DNA of 64,000 bases. It comes from Lingula anatina (taxonomy: Eukaryota; Animalia; Brachiopoda). Made by a program: the position numbers and the translations under genes. The stretch is taken from the NCBI GenBank assembly GCA_051362555.1, contig CM120640.1:64582788-64646787 (forward strand), written 5' to 3'. This document shows positions 40,987-52,154 of the stretch, piece by piece; position 1 is the stretch's first letter; every line of letters starts with the position of its first letter. Below the pieces are notes generated by a model. That model saw only the letters and a list, made by a program, of their open reading frames with translations. It was not told the DNA's origin and searched no databases.

Positions 40987-41917
40987 CAATAAAACTAGAA
41001 AGTTAAAAGACATTTTAGCTTTATGTTACAGACGCCGTTTCATCAAGAAACGTGATCATCGCCATTTATCGTCAGAAGTCCAACAGAAATAGCCCTACAG
41101 TACGGCATTTCTTTTTATAACCGAACTGAGTATAAGGCCTATATAATAATTTAGTGTAATATAGAAGTCCACTAGATGTATGTTTGAGATCTTTGCTTGT
41201 CGTTCTTGATTAGTAGTTGCATTTGGTCCAAGATAAGTGTTTTAACATTATTAAAATAATGTACTTATGTGTTTAAAGTAATCAATCATTTCCAATCATA
41301 AGTGTGAACTTTTGCACCCATGAGGTTTCAATTTCAAAAAATAAATGTTGACATGAAAACCCATTTATGACAAATAATTTACAAGTCCGTTTAGTCTATC
41401 CAACTCCGCGATCGCTCCACCTTATCTATAAAGAAACTTCTTATTCTATGATAATTTTCAGACTTGTATTTTGAAAACGTTTTCTTTGTGAAAATAAATG
41501 ACATTACTCAAACAAAAGAAAATGAAAACTACGTTTTATTATGAGAAATGAAACGGCGGAAACTACATAGGCCTATATAAATCTCTGTGACAACGTAAGC
41601 TTTTATGTTACGTTTCAGATTCAATGCTGAATACTACAGCATTGAACACGGCAACGTGGCATTGTTAGATGCCAAATACGTCAAGCAAAATTTCAGGGCC
41701 TAATATTTTTTTCATGAACATGGTTTCTTATTAGCCTTCAATAATAAGTAACTCGCACTCTTAAAATGTCTGACAAAGTTTCAGAATGATACTTTCTGAC
41801 TTTCAAACGTTTAAACACAATCCAAGTTTTGGTCTGTTCAAGCCTTCTGCACGAGAAAGTTTTTTTCATTGGCATTGAGTCTCAGGTCTCAGTCTGAGGT
41901 GAAGATGCCATCCAACA

Positions 41918-42577
41918 TTAATAGGGCCTATTATCTTTGATCCATTCGTCTCTGTGCTTTTTCATGTAATTTTTCGGGTAAATATTGCTTCTTCCACGGG
42001 CAAAACGATGTTCACTCCAATGTGGGTCTTCATAGTATACATTGTACTTCTTCCACTTCCACGTTTTTCTCAGGTGAGTTCTAGGAGGTCCATCCAATAT
42101 GACCGGTCTTAAGTTTGGCATGAGGCCCGCTCTCTGCGCTTGCTGTACCAGTTTCATCACTAACTTTTGCTTTCGTAGACATAGACCAGTTACATATCTT
42201 GGTAAAATACACCCATCTGGTCGAAGGAACTGGCTCAAAATTAAAACGTCTGTATAACGTAATTCAAGATCAAGTTTACACAGCGGGCAAGCATGGGGGT
42301 CTCCTTCTTTTTCTGGCAGTTTAATAACGTGGTCCTTGAAATGAGAGTCGACGTTAACTCCCTCGACAACGAGCGTGTCTCCTTCCATGGTTTTGCGAAT
42401 TTCTTTTAACCCTCTTACGCTTGTTAGTGAGAACATCCGCGCCTGTATATTGTCCAAACTCTGTGGTCGCTTAACTAGAGCTTCAGTATTCTTCGTCATG
42501 GGAAGCAATGTACGTAATGATGACAAAATCCCATTGTTAAATCGCATGAACTTTAAGCGAGCACAGACCCCAGCCAT
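41918..42577 (-). CDS. MRPS18A: Mitochondrial ribosomal protein S18A / mL66, single coding exon, 219 aa
   Basis: Basic N-terminal presequence; S18 signature ACPLCKL...YTDVLILSQFLRPDGCILPRYVTGLCLRKQK...AQRAGLMP; C-terminal KWKKYNVYY as in S18A-type proteins. Confidence 0.9.
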   Translation of the reverse strand: MAGVCARLKFMRFNNGILSSLRTLLPMTKNTEALVKRPQSLDNIQARMFSLTSVRGLKEIRKTMEGDTLVVEGVNVDSHFKDHVIKLPEKEGDPHACPLCKLDLELRYTDVLILSQFLRPDGCILPRYVTGLCLRKQKLVMKLVQQAQRAGLMPNLRPVILDGPPRTHLRKTWKWKKYNVYYEDPHWSEHRFARGRSNIYPKNYMKKHRDEWIKDNRPY

Positions 42578-42726
42578 TTTGTTTCACATCCGGGCTCTTA
42601 TATCATGGCTGCGCCTAGGTAAATGGAAATGTATTACCCGCACTTGCCAGTGTAGTTGATTTCCACTTTGTTATATCCGTTGCGTAGTTCCATACATTCA
42701 GTCATTCGTGTTTAGTTAGCGGAACT
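42578..42726. promoter_or_regulatory. Compact bidirectional promoter MRPS18A / POFUT1
   Basis: Only 149 bp separate the divergent ATGs; YY1-like AAAATGGCTG over the MRPS18A start and ETS-like CCGGATGT on the minus strand near 42586-42593. Confidence 0.75.
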
Positions 42727-45700
42727 ATGGACGTTGTATTTTCAATGTTTTTTCTATTGTTGATATGTACATTTTCTGTTGGTGAAAATCAAAGTGAGGC
42801 AAAAGCCAGCGGCGATGCCGACAGGCCAAGCAGCTCCAACTTGTACAAGGAACCCTCAGAGTCATTCATTTGGGATGCAAATGGTTATATAATTTTTTGC
42901 CCGTGCATGGGTAAGTTGTGACTAAATTTGGGCAAAGACTTTAGGAATAGGGTAATACGTTGAGTTTCCATTCATTTCGAATATATTGTATTTATTGCAG
43001 TAGCGGTTATTAATAATATATTATATATATTCAATTCAATTTATTTCTGTTATTATATTAATAATAGTTTTTTCTCGTTGCATTTGAGAATGAGTTAATT
43101 GAATGATCTTTATTGTTATAAAAGAACTAAAGAAAGCAAACTCACTTTTTTCATGATATGATTCTAAGGCAGTGCCAGCATCAAACGCCAGAATTAATAA
43201 TTTCAATGCGTTTTTCAAATAATAGTGAGGATAATAAATAAATAAATAGATAAATAAATAATCAATAATTAAATTATTAATTTGAAAAATAAAATAAATA
43301 ATTATAATGATATAAATAAATGAAATAATGGTTAAATAAAATGAATATAAAAATGTAAATAATAAATAAACATATGTAATAAATAGATAAAATATATAAT
43401 ATTATAATAGATAAATAAATAGATCTGTATACAAATAAAATTGAAAGTGGAATAATTAATATTTACAAATTTTTGAGCTTTATGGGATTATAGTTTTAAA
43501 AATGCTTGGTGTTAAATTATTCAAGTTGAAGACTGTATGTGTTAAAGAAATAAAAATTAATAAAGATCTTTGGTGCATATTAGACATTTATTTAGCAAAG
43601 AATTAAATTTTTGGGAAATTCCAACACATCCATGAGTTGAAATGATGACTGGTTAATTTCATTGAAAAGGATAAAATTAATGTAGAACCTGAAGGCAGGA
43701 TTATAGATCATTATTTTATCAACATTTTGAATAGTTGAATAAACATACAAAATCTTGGTACCCCTTTTTGATCATGAATGTAGGAATAGCTGCTTTCAAA
43801 ATGTAGGTCGTTTTGGAAATCAAGCAGACCACTACTTGGGTGCATTGGGATTTGCAAAAGCTTTGGACAGAACACTGGTTCTTCCACCCTGGAGAACATA
43901 TGTAAGTATTCTCCTGCTTTCTTCTTCTTTCTTTCTTTTTCTTTCTTTCCATCCTTTTTCTTTCTTTTTAAGTGAAAAATGCAATATTAATATAAAAATA
44001 TGAATGAAATAGATTTTATAAAATATTACAAAGATCATTTTAAAATCAAGTGAATCATGGTGAGATTAAGGTTTCATTCATATTTTTTAAATGATGGCAG
44101 AGTAAATTTTGCTTAGTAAATGAGCAGCATACATGCAGAAAATATCTCTATAAGTTCGTTATCAAAGCCTTTTCTGAACCTGTTTACAACTGACTTGTTT
44201 AATCATTTAGTTCTAATCTCTGCCAGAAAAACGTTCCATTCAATGACTGGTTTAAAGTGGAGCCAGTGAAAGAGTACCACAGAGTAATTTTAGCAGAGGA
44301 CTTCATGCAGCACCTGGCACCAGAACACTGGCCACCAGGGCAGCGCTTTGGCTGGTGCTGGCAAGCTCCATCAGTGAAAGATAAGAAATGTGGAATGAAA
44401 CAAGGTATTGGAAAAATCCTTATTAAAACTACTGAAACATTTCCAAGATAAATGTGATATTATTATACAACAATTTTTCTTGTAAACATTTAAGGCAAAT
44501 TATTTATAAAAAATGGCAAGATGTGTCATTATAACCATTATATTATTTGAATATGATGTCTTTTTAATATAAGGGAAAAGTTTGATAAAACTGTCATGGT
44601 AGGTGACATTTTTTGTCAGTTTTTTACAACCTTATTTATCTAAAATTATGACTTTATTGTGTATCACTATCAATTAGTTTTTTGTTATTTTGTAGTGTTT
44701 TAACTTGCTTTCTTTCATTTAGGTAATCCCTTTGGACCTTTCTGGGATGGACTGAATGTTGATTTTGATGACTATGTCTTTTATGATCTCACATATGAAG
44801 AGAGTTACATTGATAAATGGAAATCCATGTAAGTTTTACAGTTTACCAGCATTTTTTTCTTTTTGCTTTCATTCTCAACTGATATAAAATATTTATATGG
44901 AACATTGTAAAATTTGAGAACTGGTGAACTGTGCATAAAAGCATTATTATCAAGATTGGGTAAATTTCTCAACTTAAAGGTGCCCAGCGAAAGATTTTCC
45001 TGCAACTAACTCTTACAAAATACTTAACTAATTTTCCCAGGGTAAATGGTATTTTTATTGACTTACTGATATTTGATCCTCCTTTTCTGAATTGATAAAA
45101 CACATTAATGCCTATAAACTATAAAAATATCCTCAGGTACCCTCCTGACAAGTACCCTGTCATGGCATTCAAAGGGGCACCTGCCAGCTTTCCTGTGGCA
45201 CAGAGACATGTAAAGCTACACAAGTATTTCCAGTGGTCAGAGGCAATAGAAAAAGAAGCTCAGGACTATATAAGTAAAACATTCCAAGGCGATTCATTTA
45301 TTGGTATTCATCTAAGGAATAATGTTGACTGGGTGAGAGCCTCTTGTAAGACCTTTCCACATCAGTGTTCTGATACATGTGTAGCTTTTAAAAGATATAC
45401 ATGTAATAGACTTAATATTGGTATGTTAAAGTGCAACTTACATGTAGGATTTTTTTTATATAATAAATTTTATTATTATTATTTTTTTAAATTTTGTCTT
45501 CTATGTTTGATGTTGTACATTTTTTGAAGGAGCGTGCCTGTGAGCATGCAGGTGGTCTTCCCACCTACATGGCATCACCACAGTGTCTGGGGTATTCAGG
45601 GGTTGATAGAAAAGTTACAGTGAAGATGTGCTTTCCACCAAAAGAAGAAATTCTCAGGTAAGTTTCTTTTATGAGGAGACTTCTATAAAAATTCATTTAT

Positions 45701-46248
45701 GACAAGATGGGAGCCTCTGGGTTTATGGATAGACACAGTTAAGGAACAAGTCATAGACCAAATAAACTATAATGCACTTGAATTTTTCCTTATTTTCAGA
45801 TTGACCAAAAACATTGTGATAAAGACCAGGGCCAAGCATATTTATGTAGCAACAGATAAAAACCCTATGATTAAAGAAATAGAAGATCATTTGAAACCAC
45901 AAAAGGTATTGCGTCTATTTCATTGTGGTATTTATATATACTTTTTAAAGAAATATAAACATTTGTTTCAACATTTTCAAATTTAGTTTGGAGTATATTT
46001 GTTCAAAATGCAGCTTACACCTGTTTCTAATTAATTCATTGTGAAATAACCCGAATGATTTAAAGAGAAGTAAAATGATATTCCAGGTAAAAGTACACCA
46101 CCTTGACCCCTGGCTACCACAGATAGATCTAGCCATCCTTGGACAGGCTGACCACACCATCCTTAACTGTGTTTCTTCGTTTTCTGCTTTTGTGAAAAGA
46201 GAAAGAGACATAAATGACAAACCAAGTTCATTTTGGGGATTTAGCTGA
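42727..46248 (+). CDS. POFUT1: GDP-fucose protein O-fucosyltransferase 1, 384 aa
   Basis: Exons 42727-42910, 43807-43901, 44227-44404, 44723-44828, 45137-45332, 45530-45657, 45800-45905, 46087-46248 (1155 nt). Signal peptide; motifs [90 protein letters not shown]. Confidence 0.96.
43230..43445. repeat. AT-rich low-complexity (AAAT/TAAA)n tract
   Basis: Degenerate aataa/ataaat repeats in POFUT1 intron 1. Confidence 0.8.
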
Positions 46249-47389
46249 GATGCCCTGAAAAAAAGCAATTTTTAAAAAATTAGTTTCCATCATCTCTTTA
46301 ATATTATACATTTGATGTGAACCATTACTGTGAAGTTACCAAGCGGGCACTTATTGCTTAACTGGTTTTTTTTTAGTGTAACGGTGTCATGTAGATCTGC
46401 TGGCTGTGAGCTGTTCAACCAAATATGCAATAATATATATGGTTTTTGACAATAGCAGAATACAGACATGATTTTTAAACTATTGGCAATAAATATTTTT
46501 ATACATTTTTTAGTTTCTCCATTTTAAAGAACACTCAAAGTACTGTCTTGATGATATGCAGTAAGATTTCATGGATGTAGCCTGCAGACGAAATGTGCTT
46601 ATACTGGGTATTTGAATCTCACACCACAGTTGCATACATTGACATATGGCTTGCTATGGTTTTTGTCCAATACCGCAGTGTCATTTTGAAGGTAATGCCA
46701 AACAAAAACTTAAAGATAAAGGAAAAGCTGCAAGGCCTGCATATCACTTCCAACCAGTAAACAGAAAGAGTGTGTGATGGCACGTGAATTAATGGAAAGT
46801 ATATGCAACAGTGACCCACTTCAAGTAAAGGGAAGGAGGCACGTTGTATGCCAGGTCTGCTATCATTCTGATTATATGGCCACAATTCGTATCATAGAGC
46901 AGCTGAATCGGGGTTACATAATGCTATGAAGAAAGCAATCTATAGTCTCCATTGAGCATGAATATTTATTTCTTGATTTTGTATGTAATCATCATTATAA
47001 GAATACTTCTATTAAAGATGATCCTTGTTATTCTCAATAAATGTTAATTATTGGTCTGTCCTAGACACTGAAATATATCAAATGTACAACAAAAAACAAA
47101 CCTACAAATCTGTAGTGTAATTGCCAGTTTACAACGTGGCTCCTTTTAAAATCATGTTCTTCTTGCAATCAAGCATAGATACAATTTGGTAACAAATACA
47201 AGCAATAAAACTTTCCTAAAATCGATGTTTTATCAATTTCACACTATGCAACCATTCAAGTGTAACAAAGATTTAATATGAAAGAGTTAATTTAAGTATG
47301 ATGTCAGTCTAGTACTTCTGTTATTATTCAAGATGGTGCGCTTGCTGAAAAACCAATGTCGCTGGCGTTGTTTTTATAAGACTGAAAAT

Positions 47390-50300
47390 TCAGTTTTGTG
47401 CATTCTCCAGTGCTTGCAAAATGTCCTCGTCATTCACATCTTCCATCTTCATGGGTATTGGTTGACTGGATTTCTGAGAATTCTGAGAAGTCCTGGGGGT
47501 GCTGTGAGGAGTCACAGGGGTAAAGCTACCCTGAGATGACTTTCCTGGAAGATGAAACCATACAACAGTATCATTACAAAGCCATATGAATTTGTGTTAA
47601 ATTAAATTAAAAAAAAAAGACTTTTCACAAATCAAGAGAGATGACAACACCAAAGCAATCTAATGTTTTTTTTTTCTTACTTATTAATATAAAACAAGTA
47701 AACGTGAACAAATAGAGAAATCCACCTCAGAAAAATGGACTCAAATTTATCCAGGTACAAATAACAAATAGAAAGAGTAAATCAATACTGTAAAGCTGAT
47801 CCTCACCATCCTCCTTTCCTCCATTAATTAACCTTTGACTTTCCTCAAAGTACTGGTTGGGGTGCTGGAGTGCAAAACTTGCCTCCTCTTCTTGTATTCC
47901 GTGTGTGAGGTTAAAAACCATTTTACAAGCAATCTGGTAATGTCCTTCTTTCACCTTGCTAATCACCTAAAAATCAGAAAAAATACCAGTGATGTCAGTA
48001 AAGTGTACTTTTCAGTGACACCACATGTAGTTTTGTAGAATACAGGAAAAATTGTGTGACAAAGATAGTAATTTTGCCTCGCACCAGACTTAAAGAGAGC
48101 AAGCAAAACATGTTAGTTTTAATTCTTTCAATTGATTTTCTTAAGCAATGTACATAAATATAAAAAAAAAATTCAAACTTACTGCTTCTGAATTCTCTTT
48201 GCCAATTTTCAAATTGGAAAGTTTTTGCCGTAGCATATCTGTATCACTGTGACGGAAGGGGCAACCTGTGAGCACAAACATATCTCTTTATGCATCAAAT
48301 GTCAAATATTTTGAAGGGATAAAACCCTTGATCATATAACATGGGTTCTGAAATTGTAATTTCTGGTTTATAAAGAACACATTTTGGGATTTTGATCAAT
48401 GTGATATGGAATTTTGGAACATTTGGAACTTTGAACAATGAAAGGTAAAATTTGATAATTTAAACATTGATGAAAATAACTTTAAAAATATGGCTTTTGG
48501 TCTTGAAAAAAAAAACACATGAAGATACTTTACAATGTATTTTTTTGCAATATATCATTACTGACCATGTCCATCCCCAGGACCTGGGGCATTAGAGGTG
48601 ATAATCTTCAGACAGCTATATGGAGTGTAGTCTGCCCGCTTGCCCTCTTTACCATAGTTGTGGCGAATGTTGTAAGCATATTGTTTATCAAACTGCAATA
48701 AAAAAATAATTAAGAAATACATATAAAGTTATATAAAAAAATTAAAATGAACAAGAAAGTAAGTTTAAGAATATTTGCCTTCAATTTGCCTGTGATGAGA
48801 ATATTTAATTCCCACAGTATGTACTTTCAATCTTAACTGAAGGAAGAGACAGAATAGGAACAACAGGCTTGCATTTTAAATAATTCAAATCTTTTATACT
48901 TTCAACATCAATGTCTAACAGGCATTAATATAAGTATAATTACAAACCTTATCAGGATCAATGGGTCCCTTAGTAAACTCATCCTTCCAGAACTTGAGGG
49001 CCTCCTCCAGTGAGAGACCTATAGCCTTTAGGAACAGGCCATACTGCATACGCCCCCAATGGCGTAAATGGTGATCTCGACGCAGACCATCATGAAGTTG
49101 TAACATACACAGAGGGAAGGACTTCTTGGAGAGCTGTAAGAGTAATATATAAATGTCAACAAACTTAAAACGATACGGACAAAACAGGTGTGCAAATTCA
49201 CACAAACAACTCTACTTCCTTATGTCAGAAGAAAATACTTGTCCTAATCCTTAAGATTCATTGATTTATGTTTTACCATATCAATCATGGCTGCTGTAAC
49301 CTGTCCTCCTGTAGGTTTCCTGTTGGAGTAGTCTTGTCCCAGGTATCTCTTACTGAGGCCACTCAACATAGGCAGCAACCTGTCTTGTTCCTCCATGTGA
49401 GGTAGTGCCCTACATATTACCTGTGTAAATGATGAAAAAATACCATAACAGATAAAAACTGATCATATTTTCAGAAATTATTTCACAGTGTAGTAGATAT
49501 AATAAACAATTCAAATAGCAGTGGTTCAAAAGAAACCAATGACCAAAAGAAATTAAATTTTCTTTTTACATCCATCCAAACTCAAGACCATTTTTTAAGA
49601 ACCAAAAATGAAAATTATAAACACACGTCACTTATAATACACAAATATTACACATAACTTCTTTGCAGAACAAAAGGTACATACTTACTGCTAAAGCATG
49701 GGACAAATGTGTTCTGAAAACACCGAGAATTATAGAAACTAGCTCATTGTAGGGGACATACACATATCCCCTGTGGACATAGACCTTCCTTGCTTTGACC
49801 AGGTCTAGGGCTTCTGTGAACGGCACCTAAGCAAAATATATACAATCTCCTGTTATAATCTAGGCAGTGGCATTTTCAAGAAAATGCAAACTATTCTATA
49901 GGTTAGGTTTTGTGCTCTATTGGACTTAGTCCATGTAATCCATCATACTGGAAACTGATAATTGACTCTGATTGGAACAGGTGCTAGTAAACCAGGTTTG
50001 TTGCCAAGCAACTAATTGTCTCTTGTTCCAGGCAATGATGCAGGTGTTTATTATTACAATTATTCACTCAACAAAATACAAATCACAAAATATGTCTCAA
50101 AAACCTAATCAAGTCCAGACAACTAAAACGATTCTTACCCTATAAAAGTCTGTGGCCTCTGCTAAAGAGATGGTCATATCTTTGTGTGAATCTGCAAGCT
50201 TTTTAAGTATGCCCTGCTTTTCCTCAAATGGAATCTGTACATAAAAAAGGTATGCAAACTAAACCAAATTATCTAGTGTAAAACCAGTTTCTTTTAAATT

Positions 50301-52057
50301 ATTTCCATCAAGGTGGCAAAGTTACTATTAAATACATAACTGTGCCAAAAATCAAAATGTGTTCCAACTAAATCTGACTACTTTTTATTAATACAATTAT
50401 TTATCCTTTATGATTTTTTCTTGATTAAGAAATTGAAAATTGATCACCACAGTAAAAACAAATACTCACTGGAGAATAATTCAGCTTGTTTTCCTTTAAA
50501 AACATCTGAATGCTCTCTTTACTTTCCACTGAGAACCTGTATCTAAACAGGTCCGTCTCTTGCTGAATATACCACCTGCGCAATTCATCTCTAGAAATAC
50601 AATTTATTTACATGTCATTATAAAATAATTCTAAGTAGCATCATAAACTTATTTTTACAAATGCCAGTTGTGCAGTAATATGTTTTAGTGTACACTTTTA
50701 CTACCTTAGTTAAGAGAGTATACAGATGAACATAAGTTTCCAGTTTTATAATAGCTTCCATACTGTAATGCTGTCTAGTGCAAAATGTAACTATAACTAT
50801 CAATTTCACGTGCAGTTGAAATACAGCAGTATTTCACAAGATGAGCAGGTGAAAGGTGGGCATCTGGATGGGGGCGTCTCGATACTCCGAAGGTTCATTG
50901 GTACGAAGGTTCATTGGTCCAAAAAACGGTAACCTTTTCATCGGTTTTTTAATCAAAGGTTCATTGGTCCGAAGGTTCTGTAGTGAAGATTCGGACCAAT
51001 GAACCTTGGGACTATTGAACCTTCGGACTATTGCTACGGCCCCATCTGGATATGAACACTTACGACTTGCAGTAAGCCAGCCTGAGCACAAAGTGGGAGA
51101 TGAGGTCCTTTCTTATATCATCATACTCCTTATCACTCATGTCATAGATGCTTCCATTCTACAAGTGAAAAACGAAGTGAAAAAATCAGAAACTGACTGT
51201 ACTTTCATATTCTAACATTCTTTCTAACATCTTTTATAAAAAGGATAAAATCCCTCACATAAAAGTACCCGATATCAATATCAACATGTACAGTAGTAGT
51301 ACATGTGTACCTCTGAAATGTCACCCAAAGGATATGGTGGTCAAAATAAATCATAGGTCATTTAGAACCAAGTTGATTAGAAATGGTACAAAAACATCAA
51401 GGGCAGCTTGAACAAAGACTCCTAAATATGAAAAAATAACTACCTTTGGTTTGCTGCTGTGATTGATGAACTTTTTAAGTTCATCCCTCACTGAATTATT
51501 GTATTCATCTGATCCTTTGAGGTGCTTCGATCCTGCATTTTCTATAGCTTTCAGCACTAAAAACACAGAAAAACATTACGTGAGACATGTGCATGATTAA
51601 TATGATGGCGCTTTGGAAGTATCAACATTTGAATCAATGACTAAAGCAATAAATATTAGTACTCAAGGTTCTTAAAGCACCAACCTAGGGCCAGATATTC
51701 ACTGCTTTCAGTAGTACCAGTACAGTACCACGAGTAGTACAAGTATCCTATTTTTGAATCTTAAAAGATTTAATTTGTCATATAGTATACCAAACTGTGA
51801 CGATTTAATATAACACGATGACACTCTTACTTCATCACACTATGATTCATTAATGTTTGTTACTTGCGAAAGTCAGAAAGATGTACTTGTTAACATTTAC
51901 GTTTTAGTCTTTCCACGGCATAGTCCTCAAATTCCTGCAAAGAAATCACATCTTTCGGAGGCAGCGTGTAAAACAGCAGATTATGTGTGAAACGACTCTT
52001 ATCTCGATCACCACTAAGCTTGGATGCCTTCAGTCTCCTTTGTTTTGTTACTTCCAT
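47390..52057 (-). CDS. PRIM2: DNA primase large subunit (p58), 524 aa
   Basis: Exons 52057-51901, 51556-51444, 51158-51064, 50590-50470, 50234-50139, 49826-49689, 49420-49277, 49133-48948, 48692-48566, 48265-48183, 47966-47807, 47544-47390 (1575 nt). Motifs [87 protein letters not shown]; all four Fe-S cysteines present. Confidence 0.97.
50870..51043. mobile_element. 8-bp-TSD MITE, copy 2 (PRIM2 intron 3)
   Basis: Same TIRs as 8829-8946 with extra aaggttcattggtccg units; TSD atctggat at 50862-50869 and 51044-51051. Confidence 0.85.
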
Positions 52058-52154
52058 CTTTCAGTTTGTAAACTTTCGCGCGTTAATATTTAGGTCAAGT
52101 TGAAGGTAAGATGTGGTCACGCGCTTTCTCGAACCAAGAACCAAAATAAAGAAA
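52058..52154. promoter_or_regulatory. 97-bp bidirectional promoter PRIM2 / LMBRD1 with canonical E2F site
   Basis: Divergent ATGs at 52057 and 52155; TTTCGCGC at 52074-52081; YY1-like AAAATGGCTG over the LMBRD1 start. Confidence 0.8.

Noticed and set aside
46246-46248. TGA stops of POFUT1, PRIM2, LMBRD1 and STK32 as selenocysteine or read-through codons
   Set aside because: The proteins are complete at these stops, I recognised no SECIS element, and POFUT1 read-through adds no known motif.
46600-46930. Coding-like stretch with CxxC (HVVCQVCYH) between the POFUT1 and PRIM2 3' ends
   Set aside because: Frames are short and interrupted with no splice support; at most a decayed repeat or UTR sequence.
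50000-50012. X-box-like GTTGCCAAGCAAC in a PRIM2 intron
   Set aside because: Imperfect 13-bp match without supporting context; it also shows that weaker X-box matches can occur by chance.
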